Shown in pieces: positions 1-12,435 of a stretch of 64,000 bases of DNA. The notes under the pieces are model-generated. The model was not told the origin of the DNA. It did no database searches and saw only the letters and a program-made list of their open reading frames with translations. Both the position numbers and the translations under genes were made by a program. The stretch covers positions 78,306,001 to 78,370,000 of the forward strand of contig NC_086106.1 in NCBI RefSeq assembly GCF_963921235.1. The letters are read 5' to 3'. Origin of the DNA: Mobula hypostoma (Eukaryota). Positions within the stretch are counted from its first letter, which is position 1. Each line of letters starts with the position of its first letter.

Positions 1-1020
1 CAGGACTTCCTAGAAGTACTCTTTTTCAGAAAATGGGGGTTCCCCTCCACTGCTATCAAAGCAGCCCTTACCCTCATTTCCCACACCTCTGCTTTCTTTC
101 TCTCTGTAACACCCTTTTCCTCTCATCCTTTCCTACTGACTCCCCTCCAGACACTCAACCCTGCATTTGAGCTAATTTTTACACCTGCCCCTAAACCTCC
201 TCCCGCACCACCATTTGGGGCCATAAACAGTTCTTCCAGGTGAGGCAACATGTCATCTGTGAATCCATCAGTGTCATTTATGGCATCTGGTGTTCCTGAC
301 GCAGTGTCCTCAAAGCAGAATGGGGCATTGCTGCGTTGAACACTTTTGTTTCATCTGCCACTCAGCCTAGATCTCCCTGGTGTCCCTCTTCCCAATCCCA
401 GACTGACAGGTCTGTCCACGGCCTCTTCTACTGCCTCCTTGAAGCAGGTGAAGGCTGGAGGGGCAACAGTTCATATTCCCTCCAACCTGATGGCAACAAC
501 ATCAATTTCTCCATCTTCCAGTAATTAATCCCCGTTACATATCTCCCCCAAGCTCTCCTTCTCCACTGTTTTCTCTTATCCCTGTGGCCGCTTCTTCTCT
601 TTTTCCTAACCTAACCTCACAACCTGTGCATTGCCTTCAACTTCTTCACTCTGGTTCCCCAACTTCGTGCCCTTATTCCACAGTCAATTGTCACCTCGTA
701 TCAGATTCTTTCTTCTGCTCTTCACCTCCTCCACCCATTCTCTTCCAGCTTCTCAAATCATTCCCTTTCTTTCTCTCCAAATGATCCTCCTTCCTTTCCC
801 CTTCACCTGGATTCATCTATCACTTCCTATCTTGTGCTCCTTTCCCTCCCCCTATCCTTTTATTCTGGTTTCTGCCCTTTTCCTTTCCATTTCTGATGAA
901 GGGTCCCTGCCAAAAATGACAACTGTTCATTTCCCTCCATTGACGCTGCCTGACCTGCTGTGTTCCTGCAGCATTTCTGTGTTGTTCCAGGTTTCTGTCA
1001 TCTGCAGCCTTTCTTATGTC
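1..1020 (+). mobile_element. Degenerate Penelope-like retroelement, 3' part (GIY-YIG remnant and terminal repeat)
   Basis: About 219-311 translates to GHKQFFQVRQHVICESISVIYGIWCS*RSVL, resembling the start of a PLE GIY-YIG endonuclease. The terminal repeat has a decayed hammerhead core (CTGATGAAGGG, about 893). Confidence 0.75.
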
Positions 1021-1030
1021 TCTCATTCTT

Positions 1031-1062
<32 letters not shown>

Positions 1063-1409
1063 CACATTCTCTCTTATGATGTTCAGAGGTGGAAGTCTGA
1101 AGAGTTTAGCCAGTCTGGCTCACAGGTTTTGCCAGAATCATCCCATGCAGTTAACTCTGAAATGAGTTATACACCCCTCAACTGGATGCTGTTCTTACAT
1201 AATGAGGCCGAGTCCTCGAATTCCATCCCAGTAGCACTGTTTCCGAATGCTCATCAGGGGACTGCAGGCATTCAAGGAGACAGCTCAAAGGCAACTATGG
1301 ATGGGCAGTAAATGGTGCCCAGATCTCAAATATGAATTGTAGAACTATTTTAGAAGGTTTTTTAAAAACTTCCTTTAAGATGTTCTTCCTCTGTTGGGCT
1401 GTAAAAATG

Positions 1410-1845
1410 CCAACCCTTAGCCCTCTACTCTATTCCCTATATGCTTATGACTATATGGCCAGATTCTCTTCTAATTCCATCTACAAGTCTGCAGATAATG
1501 CCACCGTACTGGGCCATATGTGGAACAATGATGAGTCAGAGTATAGGAAAGAGATAGAGAGCTTAGTAATGTGGTATATTGACAACAACCTTTCCCTCAA
1601 TGTCAGCAAAGCAAAAGAACTGATCATTTGACTTCAGGAAGGGGGCTGTGTATGTGTTCCTGTTTACGTCAAAGGTGCAGAAGTTGAAAGGGTTGACAGC
1701 TTCAAGTTTTTAAGAGTGAACACCATTAATGGCCTGTCCTGGTCCAGCCGTGTAGACCCCACAGGAAAGAAAGTTGACCACTACTTTCTCAGGATGCTAA
1801 GGAAATTTTCCACATCCCCATTGGCACTCACTAGTTTTTATTCAT
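1410..1845 (+). mobile_element. Rex1/Babar-clade LINE reverse transcriptase fragment
   Basis: ORF 1332..1631 contains LSPLLYSLY...IYKSADNATVLG...NNDESEYRKEIESLVMWY..NNLSLNVSKAKELII, a degenerate RT (F/Y)ADD region. Confidence 0.8.
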
Positions 1846-2089
1846 GTACCATGGTACCTGTAGTTGTCTATCGAATCAGAAGGTGACAGGAAAGCTGTGC
1901 AGGAGTGTTTTTATAGTGGAACATCTGTTGCACTGGTGCTGTTCCACTCACTTGACCTTGGAAGACTGGGTCCAGTGGTACAAGCTGTCATCACAGTGGA
2001 GTCTTCCTTGGCTGCTGTGGATGACCATGACTTCTGTGCTTTGTCATGCCCATCGCTCTCAGCGAAGCATTGCAAAATTGCTTTCCCGA

Positions 2090-3001
2090 GCATTAGATCT
2101 CATCTGCCCAGTGGTTGGGAGGTTTTACCCCTGATGTACTGGCCTGAATCCACTACCTTTTGTAGGATTTTCTGCTCAGAGGCACTGGTGTTCCAATACT
2201 AGGCTGTAATGCAGCCAGTCAGCACACTTTCCACCACACATCTACAGACGTTTGACAAGGTTTTTGGTGACATGCCAAATCTCCACACTCCTGAGGAAGT
2301 AGAGGCACTATTGTGTTTTCTTCACAATAAGATGAATCCAGAACAGGTCCTCTGAGATAGTGACACCCAGGAATTTGAAGTTACTGACCCTTTCCACCTC
2401 TGATCTTCCGATGATCACTGGCTCATGGGCCTCTAGTTTTCCTCGCCTGACGTCTACAATCAGTTCTTTGATCTTATTGCCATTGGGTGAGAAGCTGTTG
2501 TTATGACACCACTCAGCCAAGTTTTCAATCTCCCTCCTGTATGCTGATTCATCACCCCCTTTGATACAGTTCTCAACAGTGGTGTCATCAGCAAACTTGC
2601 ATATGGTGTCAGAGCTGTACTTAGCCACAGTCACAGGTGTAAAGTGAGTAGAGCTCATTCCTGCAGTGCTCCAGTCCTGATGGAGATCGTGGAGGAGATG
2701 TTGTTGCCAATCTGAACTGACTGGAGTCTACAAATGAGGAAACCCAAGATCCAATTGCACAAGGGGGTACTGAGACCCAGGTCTTGGAGTTTACCGATAG
2801 GTTTTGAGGGGATGACGGTGTTAAATGCTGAACTGTAATCGATAAAGAGCATCATGATGTATGTACCTTTGCTGTCCACATGTTCCAGGGCTGTGAGAAG
2901 AGCCAGCGAGATATCATCTGCTGTACACCTGTTGCATCGGTAGGTAAATTGGAGCGGATCCAAGTCACCACTCAGACAGGAGCTGATAAGCTTCAACACC
3001 A
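2090..3001 (-). mobile_element. Rex1/Babar-clade LINE RT fragment
   Basis: ORFs 2655..2999 (LDPLQFTYR, MLFIDYSSAFNTV) and 2308..2658 (KFADDTTV, FKFLGVTISEDL); frameshifted. Confidence 0.85.
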
Positions 3002-4170
3002 GGTTTACAATCTACTTCATTAGTGTTTACCTGCCCTATACTCTCTCTGTAGCTGTTACACTTTATTTTGCATCGGTTGTTTTCTCAGTACCATGAACAG
3101 TATGCAAGGCAAACTTCTCACTGTACCTTGACAATAATAAACCAATTCCAATATCTAGCTCTCAGTAGATAATCAATTATGTTCACAGTTGACCATGTTT
3201 AATTATTAAGAGACAATCGCTCTATATCCATTATCTGATAATGAACTGTAACAATGACTATTTTTTCTTGTATGAACTTGACATTGAAGTCCTATGTATG
3301 ATAACTTAGTTAATTTCAGTAAATTATTGTAATTTTAGTAAAATACTGGTGAATCACAGAAGCATAACACTCAAAAAAATGAGGAAACATAGAAGTAACT
3401 GGGCTGGATCATGCTGGATTGGTTGGCTGCCTGTATTTAACTGGGCTGGATGTAGAAGGTCTATCAAGCTGACACTTAGCACCACAGAACTGTCCAGCGA
3501 AGTGTACTGAGATCTTGGAGATGCATTGGTCTCAGGTAGTGCATGTTCCCGAAGTATTCAGACTCATGAACGAAAAGTTGGGGCATAACTTACCTCCTGT
3601 CAGAGCTAGGTGAATTAATTTAAAACAGTTATTAAATATCTGATATCGGAAATAATTAAAATGATTTTTAATTAATTTCTTACTTTTTAGATATTTTTAA
3701 AGTTGATTAAAACAACTTGAAGCATTTTCAAATTATTAAAATGTTGGATCAATATAAAACAACTTTAATGAAAACACTCTGCCCGGTTCTGCAGAATGAA
3801 CAGACTCAATCAATTCAATGGGCCAGATTATCCTGTGCCAGACCTGATAGGTGTGAAAGCTGACAGGTAGATTCTTCAACACAATGCTGCAGAACTTTTA
3901 CAAGGTGAGTCTAACCTGTTGGAATCCATGGGGAGATAATCAGCCGAATGGTGTGACAAATGAGCCAGCATCCGTCACTCACTGTGCTCCCAGGATATAG
4001 ATCTGCATAAGCCTGGAACTTAATGACATGGAAGCTGAAATTAACGATTTCCCACTTTTAAACAGCCAGAAGGATTTGTCACAACAGCGGGAGTGGAACA
4101 AAACAGGGGCAGGGTGAGAGAGGCTTCATACCTACCTATTGAAGAAAGAAAACTATTATGTTTGTGACAA

Positions 4171-4298
4171 AAACGCAAACACGAGGAATTCTGCAGATGC
4201 TGGAAATTCAAGCAACACACATCAAAGTTGCTGGTGAACGCAGCAGGCCAGGCAGCATCTGCCTGGCCTGCTGCGTTCACCAGCAACTTTTATGTGTG
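4171..4298. mobile_element. Fold-back Penelope-like mini-element with 13-bp TSD
   Basis: Internal palindrome at about 4217-4297. Flanked by the direct repeat ATGTTTGTGACAA at 4158-4170 and 4299-4311. Confidence 0.75.
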
Positions 4299-4539
4299 AT
4301 GTTTGTGACAATTTGCGTTCTGAAGGGAAGTTACATAGAGGTCAAGCAATGTCATGCCCAATAATCTAATTTGAACTTTGGGATGAACATTTTGGAGTCA
4401 AGCATTAAATGACAAAAACATATTTTCGATAAGAATGTCTTAATGATTTGCCTTGACTAGTTGATGGATTTTAGATCTGGGAGAGTTAACTTCATGTTTG
4501 ACCAATGCCAGTACAAGAGTCTTTTGGATCAGGTATGTA

Positions 4540-5230
4540 AGATATGAACTTACAAAATAGGAGTAGGCTAATCAGTCCGTTAAGTATACAGTACTCTGCC
4601 ATTCAATAAGGTCATATCTGATCTTTAACATCACTTTTCTGAGCTCCCCCCCCATACTTCCTTGTAACTCAAAAGTCTGTCGGTCTCTGCTTTGAATATA
4701 GTAAGTGACTTTGCCTCCACAGCTCTCTGGTATAGAAAATTCCAACAATCTACCTATGAGAGAATAAATTCCATCTCAGTTCTGTTCTAAATTGGCAAAC
4801 TATTGAAACTATGCCCTCTGAATTCTAGTTACCTCCCCTTCAGAGGAAACATCCTCTCAATATCCACTGTGCTAATCCCTTCAGAAGTTAATATATTTCA
4901 TTAAGATTATCTACCACTCTTCAGAATTCTAATGAATATAAGCCAATCTTTCAAACTTTCTGCATGCTTCAGCTCCTTCACCTCAGGAAACAAGTAAGTG
5001 AACCCCCTCTGCACTACCTCTAATGGCAGGATATCCTTCCTTAATTATGGGAATCAATATTATATGCCAAGTAAGTTATCATCATTGTTCTGGTAAATTG
5101 ATTCAGAAGTTTTCTATTTTTATAATTCATAATCCTTGCAATAAAGGCCAACATTCTGTTAGCCTTCCTATCTACTTTCTGTACATGTATGGCAACTTTT
5201 TGTGCCTCATGCTTTCGAGTCCCAGATTCA
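4540..5230 (-). mobile_element. Old CR1 LINE 3' fragment
   Basis: Resembles the 3' end of the minus-strand CR1 at 53753-54400; heavily decayed. Confidence 0.6.
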
Positions 5231-8200
5231 TTATTATCACAATAATTTCCTCTTCTAAACCAATCCTTTCATGAAACTGCCAACTATAGGGTGCTTGAGC
5301 TTTTCTTAGCAATTTGGTCAAGAATATTACCTCTTAAAATCTATTTTCTGATTGTCCATTTTTAAATTCATTACGAATTTTAATTTGGTTTTTGTCATAT
5401 ATTTTGACTCTTTGCAGCAGAGATACAATTCTTGAGAATCATCAGCCCGGATTTTATTCTCCAAGAGTATGAGTGATGACAACAACAGTGGCAAAAACAG
5501 CACACTGTTATATTTTGGACTAAATTAAGTAAAACTTCCAAAATACTTGGCAAGAACTTAGGACAGGTGACAAAAAGTATGATGGGTTTTATGATGCAAC
5601 TAAAAGGGGGGAGATGTAAAAAGTGCAGAGAGGTGGTGTGGGAGGTGTGGAGTTCCAGAGCTAAGGGTGTCACAACTGACGACACAAATAAAATCTAGGA
5701 TTGAATAGTGGAGGGCAAAACTATGGAGGAATTTGAAAACAAGAGTTAGAACTTTAAGCAACACACATAAAATGTTGGAGGAACTCAGCAGTTCAGGCAG
5801 CATCTCTGGAGGGAAATGAACAATCAACATTTCAGTCCGAGAGACCCTTCTTCAGTTTTAAATCTGAATCATGACTGATCCTGGGTATGGGGCGGTAGGA
5901 TGGGGTGCGTTTTACATAATAAACAGAAATGGGGGAATTGGCAGTTGTTGCAAGTTGGACATGGGAAGCAAACATTTTGAAACACTTAAATTTACAAAGC
6001 CTCCTGAAGAGTTGTTGGCACTGCATTGGAATAGACACTTAGGTTCAGCCACAGAATGCACTTTCTTATTCGTGATATCCAAAGTAATCTGGAATTGGAT
6101 TCCAAACCCCATTGCTTTCTTGGCCAAGGTCAACAAATTAAGAACAAACTGAATTTAAATGCAGATTTATTCAGTCATGGAATTAACCCAGGCTCATTAG
6201 TTCTTCATTTTCTGTTACAAGCCTTATGACAAATGTCCAAAGACAACAGCACTTTACAGCAACATTGAAAAGAAATGAGACAAGGATGTTTCTTGTATTT
6301 GCAAAACGTGGGAGGGTTCATGTCAGAGATTGCTGTAATTTCATTTCCAGTCATTGTTAAATGATTTATTGTAAGTAAATTAATTTGATGAAATGGCCTC
6401 TGAATAAAATTTCATCCTATCAAGGAAGAAATGAAGGTGATATATAGTATATATAATTCAGAAGTTGTAGCCTTATCCTTTTCACCGTGTTTCCATGTTT
6501 TCAGCTAGAGACCAAAAGGGTGCGGTTACTGTGGCAAAGCACATGTCTATGTTTACAATACTTCTTGTATAGTTGAGGCATAACCTTTCCTGGTCTGTCT
6601 GCAACTAGCTTCAAAATGACTCACCAAATAAAAGCAATGCAAATTAGATACGTTTGCTTTAAAGAAAATGAGTAGCTTTGACATTAGAAATCTCTTTGAA
6701 CTTTCCCACCAGTGAGGTCATTGTTTCTAAAAATACCTACACACCTATCACACAGCTTGTATTTAAGAAACCCCCTTCTTCTCCCCTGCTCGTGACTCAC
6801 CTGGTTCTGGAGTTGTGAAATTCCAATTACATACTAAAACCACATTAACACTAATTGAAAAATACTGTTGATTTTGCAGAAGAGGCAACGAGAACATGAT
6901 AGAAGCTTAGTCTCGGAAGGCTCTTTATTCTTACCAGTGGTTTCAGGTTCCTAATATGCAAGTTGAGCGTGACTTTGTGGTAACTGTGTGATAGCCGCAA
7001 CTCATTACAGTGTCGTCCGCTGCCACCTACTTTCATTCCCGTAGTTGTGAGTAAGAGTGAATGTTCAGTGTTGAACTGCTGGGAAAGTCTGACAGGATTA
7101 TGACTCCCGTAATCTTTCCCAATTTATGGCCCTATCCACCAAATTACTATCAGTGAAGCCTGTTGTCTCAGAAATGCTTGTACCTGTATGCAAGGTTTAC
7201 ATGTGTCACAGAGAGTAGACCTTATCACAGTGTTAATGAATTATGCACAAAATGGATGAGCCCACTTATAGTTGCTGTGATTCTATATCCATCTAAAATT
7301 AATGGGATGCCATTATTTTAATGTATCTCTCCTACATGACTTCATAATTTTTGTGGAAACCATGTTTATCAATGGGAAACAGTTAATAACTTTCATCCAG
7401 AGAGCACAAAATGTTTCCAGAGCTGGTACAATATGAAATGGAGGCAGGTTAAAATTTCCATTATACCGGATTAGATGAAGGATGAATGTCCTTTGCAGCA
7501 AATCACTCTGAAAATTACATAGTGCAGTGTATGGTTTCAAAGAGCAAGCTCATTTGAAAAATGCAAATGATGTACTGGGAATGGGAAGCAGAATTACAGG
7601 TCTCTGTGTGTGACCATTCCAGTGCAGAGGCTATTTAGTGCATGGCAGTGATATCAATCAGCATAATACAATACTGCAGTGAGATCAGACGTGATGATGT
7701 ACTAAACGTGCCATCTGGGCTTTAGCTGTAAAGTGTGGCTGAAAGCCCAAATAAGTGCAAATAAGGGCCCATTCATCTCTGTCTGCTACCAGGAAGCTGA
7801 CATTATAACTATATAGTTATGCATAAATTGTCTCCGATTCAACGTAAGCCTTTGGCTGGGAGCAATCCCACCACTGTGATGGTCAGGTACAATATATACC
7901 TGAGCTGGAGATCTGAAATTGCTAATGAGAAAATTTCACCCCTCCTGCTCCAGAGGAACCTTCTCCACCTCCCTCATACAGTGCCGTTCCAGAATATATT
8001 TTCATTTCTAATTCATCATCTTTACCCCAGATCATCCAAGTTTTTTTTTCTCTTTTTCTGCCATTGTCTCGCTGGTTTGATTGAAAGTTATAATTTTTTT
8101 TACCTGACTGGTTATTTATTCTTGAAACTTCTTATTTTACCTTGTTTCAGATTTTGGCCACTCTTCCTTTGTTATTTCCTTTTCTTTTCTCAGACAATCT

Positions 8201-8559
8201 TTTGCTTACTGGTCCAGTGTTTCATCAGTATTTTTCTTGCCTTTCCTCTTGCACAGTCTTTATCACTATGGAGGAACTTGGATCAGAGACAAGAAACTAA
8301 TGTGAAGTCACCTCTGTTCTGGAACATCCCAAAGAAAATGCCAAGTTCACCTAACAAATTTGCAGTCCCGTAAATAGGAAGTACCACAGAATCCTGAACT
8401 TGTGTTTACAGGGATGCTCCATAAGTCTCACTCAAATATATAGCACCATTTGTTCAGAACATTTGACCTGAATCTTTGCCAAGTCTTTCATACCAAATAA
8501 TGGGGCTAGTCTCTAGGTACCACATTAAAATGGTATTTAACATTCTTAAGAATCAGTTT

Positions 8560-9425
8560 GAGAGTTAACTTCAACAGCAAGTTGGCAAACTGGATCCAAA
8601 ATTGGCTTTGCAGTAGGAGACAGTTGCAGAGAATTTCTGACTGGATACCTGTAACTGTTGGAGTCCCATAAGGATTGATAATGAGGCTAAGAATATGCAT
8701 AATGCCTTGGATGTGGATATGGAAGGCGCGATCAGTAAGTTCGTGGATAATGCGAAGGCTTTTTGTAGTGCAGAAGTCTAAGGCTCTAGATAGGTATCGA
8801 AGTGTTGGTGAAATGGATTGAAAAATAACAGAGTTTAATCCAGATAAATGTGAAGTGATCCATTCTGGGAATACTAATGATGTTAGGACATACACCAAGT
8901 ATGTTATGGTCTGAAGGAGTATTGAGGAATAAAGGGACCTTGGACTCCAAGTCCATTGATCCATGAAGCTAACAGCTCATGTAGGTAACATGGGTAGGGA
9001 GGCATATGGGATACTGGCCCTGAATAGTCAGTTGACTGCAAAAATTGAAAGGTGATGCTCCAGCTTTTTAAAAATCTCAGTTAGACCTCAGCTGGAGTAC
9101 TGCTTGCAGTTCTGGTTATTACACTATAGAAGAATGGAGTTGGGAGGGAAAATAAATCAGCTATGATCAAAACACAGAAGACTTGATGGACTGAATGGCC
9201 TAATTCTGCTCCTATGTCATATGGTCTTATGGAAAGATGTGCTATTGCTAGAGAGGGTCCAGAGGACGTTCTTAGGTTGTTGGGATGGAGCAGTTCAGCT
9301 ATGAGGAGAGACTGGAAAAGCTAGAAATGTTCTCCCTGGAATGGAGGAGGTTAAGAAGGGACATGATTGAGGTATTTTACATTATATTGATAAGGTGGGC
9401 TGCAGGAACATTTTCCCTGTATCAG
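8560..9425 (+). mobile_element. Degenerate CR1 LINE RT fragment
   Basis: Decayed FNPDKCEVIH and VRPQLEYCLQFW motifs; similar to the CR1 at 28797-29527. Confidence 0.75.
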
Positions 9426-9574
9426 AGGTAACCACCCAGGCCTGCCATCTTCTTGCAGCCATCGAGCAAAAGGTACAGAAGTCAGAAATCCTAAGCCACC
9501 AGTTCAAGAAAAGCTACTTCTGTTCAATCACTGGGCTCTTGAACGAACTGGTACAATCCTAATCAAAGTAAAAA

Positions 9575-10410
9575 AGTAAAATTAAATTTTTTATTAATGT
9601 ATATATATGTCACCATATATTACCCTGAGATTCATCTTCTTGTGGGTGTTCACAGTAAGTACAAAGAAACACAATAGAATGAAGGAAAAACTGCATACAA
9701 CAAAAATGGACATACAACCAATGTGCAAAAGACAACCAACTGTGCAAATACAAAAAAAGAAAATAATAGTAAATAAATAAGCAATAATTATTGTGAACAT
9801 GGGTTGAAGAGTCCTTGAAAGTGAATCCACAGATTGTGGAATCGGTTCAATGTTGGGTTGAATGAAGTTACCCTTCTGATTTGTGAGCCTGATGGTTGAG
9901 GGATAATAACTATTCCTAAACCTGGTGGAACAAGTCCTGAGGCTTCTATACCCACTTCCTGATGACTTAGGCTGTATCCACTACTTTTGGTAGGGTTTTC
10001 CATTCAAGGACATTGGACACCAGGCCATGATGCAACTAGTCAGTATACTCTCCGCCTCACATCTATAGCGGTTTGGCAAAGTTTCAGATGACATGATGAA
10101 CTTTTGCAAACTTCTAAGAAAATAGAGGCTGTGCTGTGCCCTCTTTGTAATGAAACTTACGTGCTGGACCCAGGACAGAGTCTCTGAAAGGGCTCTGAGG
10201 ATAACACTGAGGAATTTGAAGTTGCTGACCCTCTCCGCCACTGAGCCCCTGATGAGGACTGGCTCATGGACCTTTGGTTTCCTCCTGCTGTAGTCAATAA
10301 TCAGTTCTTTGGTCTCGCTGACATTGAATGAGATGTTCGGTCTGATACTGTTGTCCTGTTGTGCGTGGATTCAAGTCACTCCTCAGGCAGAAGTTGACAA
10401 GTTACATCAC
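9575..10410 (-). mobile_element. Rex1/Babar LINE 3' fragment
   Basis: ORF 9981..10241 (ERVSNFKFLSV...LYFLRSL). The 3' UTR is shared with copies at 25960-26250 and 31461-31900. Confidence 0.8.
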
Positions 10411-10899
10411 AAACCAATGTTGACAGAGCTCAGCAACACTGTGACTATTTTGATCACTTTGCAGTAAAATGGCCTTAGTTTTCTTTCTAGTAAAAACTGT
10501 TTGTTTTTCTTGTGAATGCTATTTATATGATGCTATGTCCCTGTGATGCTGCTGCAAGTAAGTTTTTCACTGCACCTATGCATAAATGTAGTTGTGCATT
10601 TGACAATATGCTTAACTTCGACTTTCAACTGAAACTAGAGGATGAAGATTTAGAGATGTTTAAGAGTGCGATTGACTTCATTCAGAGAGTAATAAGCACC
10701 GAGTCTGAGGGAATGGTTCAAGCTGGGTTGATGACAGCACTTAAGGAATGTTGAGATGAGCACTTGAATTGCCTGGGCATGGAAGGCTATGGACTGAATG
10801 CAGGGAAATTGTACTTATACAGAAGGGTGCTCATTGAGTATTGTGGTCAAATCAGCTAGTTTCTACGTTGTATGATTATATGACTTTTTCCACCTCCTC

Positions 10900-11430
10900 T
10901 TTAGTTAGGATGTGGTGTTAATGCAGGCAACTGGACTTGAGTGTAGATGAGCCACATTAATTCACAATTCCTCTCCCATTCTTATGTATCTGTCTGTGAC
11001 CACCTGCCAATGTTATAATGAGGCCAAAAGTAAAGTTGAGGAACAGCCCTTCATCTTCTGTGCAGTCACACTGCAACTTTCTGGTCTCAAAACCAAATTC
11101 TTGGTTTTGAGTTTTGGTGACTCGCTCTTTCTTCCAGCCTGCTTTGCAACCAGTCACCCATGCATGATTTTGACTGGGTTGTTCCCTTGCCATCAGTCTG
11201 ACCAGCTGGGCATGTCCCATACCCTTGCAATGATCAACTGCCACCTTAACTCATTTAGTCTCACTCTATCTTTGTCTTATTCATACCTCCACCTTTTCTG
11301 TAACTGAAAACCAACTTGTTTTCTCTCTTTCTCAGTTCTTACAAGGGCTCTCGGACCTGAAGCTCTGTTCCTCTCTAACACAGATGTTGCCCGATCTGCT
11401 GGGTATTTTCAGCATCTTCTGTTTCTCTTA
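10900..11430 (+). mobile_element. Penelope-like element fragment
   Basis: ORF 10984..11307 has EAKSKVEEQPFIFCAVTLQLSGL, resembling the PLE endonuclease C-terminus, followed by a decayed terminal repeat. Confidence 0.65.
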
Positions 11431-11554
11431 TAGATTATCTGTGATCTAGTTGAACAGCAGTGTGGCTTCAATTGTCCTAATTTGTCTTCCGTTCTTTTGT
11501 TGATCCGGTGGTGAATGATTTTGGGGAGGAAAGAAGACAGATCACAGGATAACC

Positions 11555-11805
11555 ATATAACAATTACAGCACAGAAACAGGCCACCTCGGCCCTCTAATC
11601 CATGCCGAACTCTCACTCTCACCTAGTCCCACCGACCTGCACTCAGCCCATAACCCTCCATTCCTTTCCTGTCCATATAGCTGTCCAATTTAACTTTAAA
11701 CGACAACATCGAACCTGCCTCAACCACTTCTGCTGGAAGCTCGTTCCACACAGCTACTGCTCTCTGGGTAAAGAAGTTCCCCCTCATGTTACCCCTAAAC
11801 TTTTG
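11555..11805 (-). mobile_element. CR1 LINE 3' tail
   Basis: Typical CR1 3' UTR read antisense (ACAGCACAGAAACAGGCC...); similar to 44112-44370 and 41317-41560. Confidence 0.7.
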
Positions 11806-12109
11806 ATCAATAACAGAAATCTATAAGGAAGCCATCTGTACCAATGGGTTTACTCATCACCAATAAAATCGTATTACTTGAATGTTCACCTTTGGTCTAC
11901 TTTATCAACCGAGGAACAGCTGTTGGAACTCAACTCTGTCATACAATTTTTTGAAGTTCCAATTGTATCATGGGATATTTAATCCAGCTTGCTATTATAT
12001 TTTAAAACATTTCAGCAGATATCAATATATTGAGCAGGTAACCATGTAGGCCTTGTAAAGTGCCAGCTCATATTGCCCACCTGCTACTTTCTGAGATATG
12101 GTCAAACAT

Positions 12110-12435
12110 GACAGAGTCACAGCATGGAAACAGGCTCTCCCAGCCCACCAAGTCTGTGCCAACTATTAGACACCCATCAACATTGACATTAAAATAATCA
12201 ATTTTTATCCTCCCCACATTCTCATTAACCTCCCCCAGGTGCCACCACTTACCTCTATGCTTGGGGCAACTTATATTGGCCAATGAACATATCAACCCAC
12301 ATGTCTTCAGAATGTTGGAGGAAATGGGAGCAGCCAGGCAAGATCCACCTGGTCACAAGGAGAAGATACAAACTCCACAAAGAGCACAATAGAAGTCAGG
12401 ACTGAACCCAGATCAGTGAGGCTGTGTTGCCCCTC
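12110..12435 (-). mobile_element. HE1/V-SINE-type tRNA-derived SINE with CR1-derived tail
   Basis: The minus strand reads a B-box-like GGGTTCAGTCC, then the core TGTGGAGTTTGTATCTTCTCCTTGTGACC, then a CR1-like tail. This architecture is known for elasmobranch HE1 SINEs. Confidence 0.6.

Noticed and set aside
631-1311. Longest ORF in the track (226 aa)
   Set aside because: Runs through the pyrimidine-rich PLE tail and a (CT)n tract, which lack stops for compositional reasons; no domain.
3594-3605. Possible 12-nt minus-strand microexon (TAG|CTCTGACAGGAG|GTAAGT)
   Set aside because: No partner exons give a recognisable protein, and such signals occur by chance.
7819-8373. 184-aa hydrophobic ORF
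   Set aside because: T-rich low-complexity sequence producing an F/L-rich translation; no recognisable family or exon structure.
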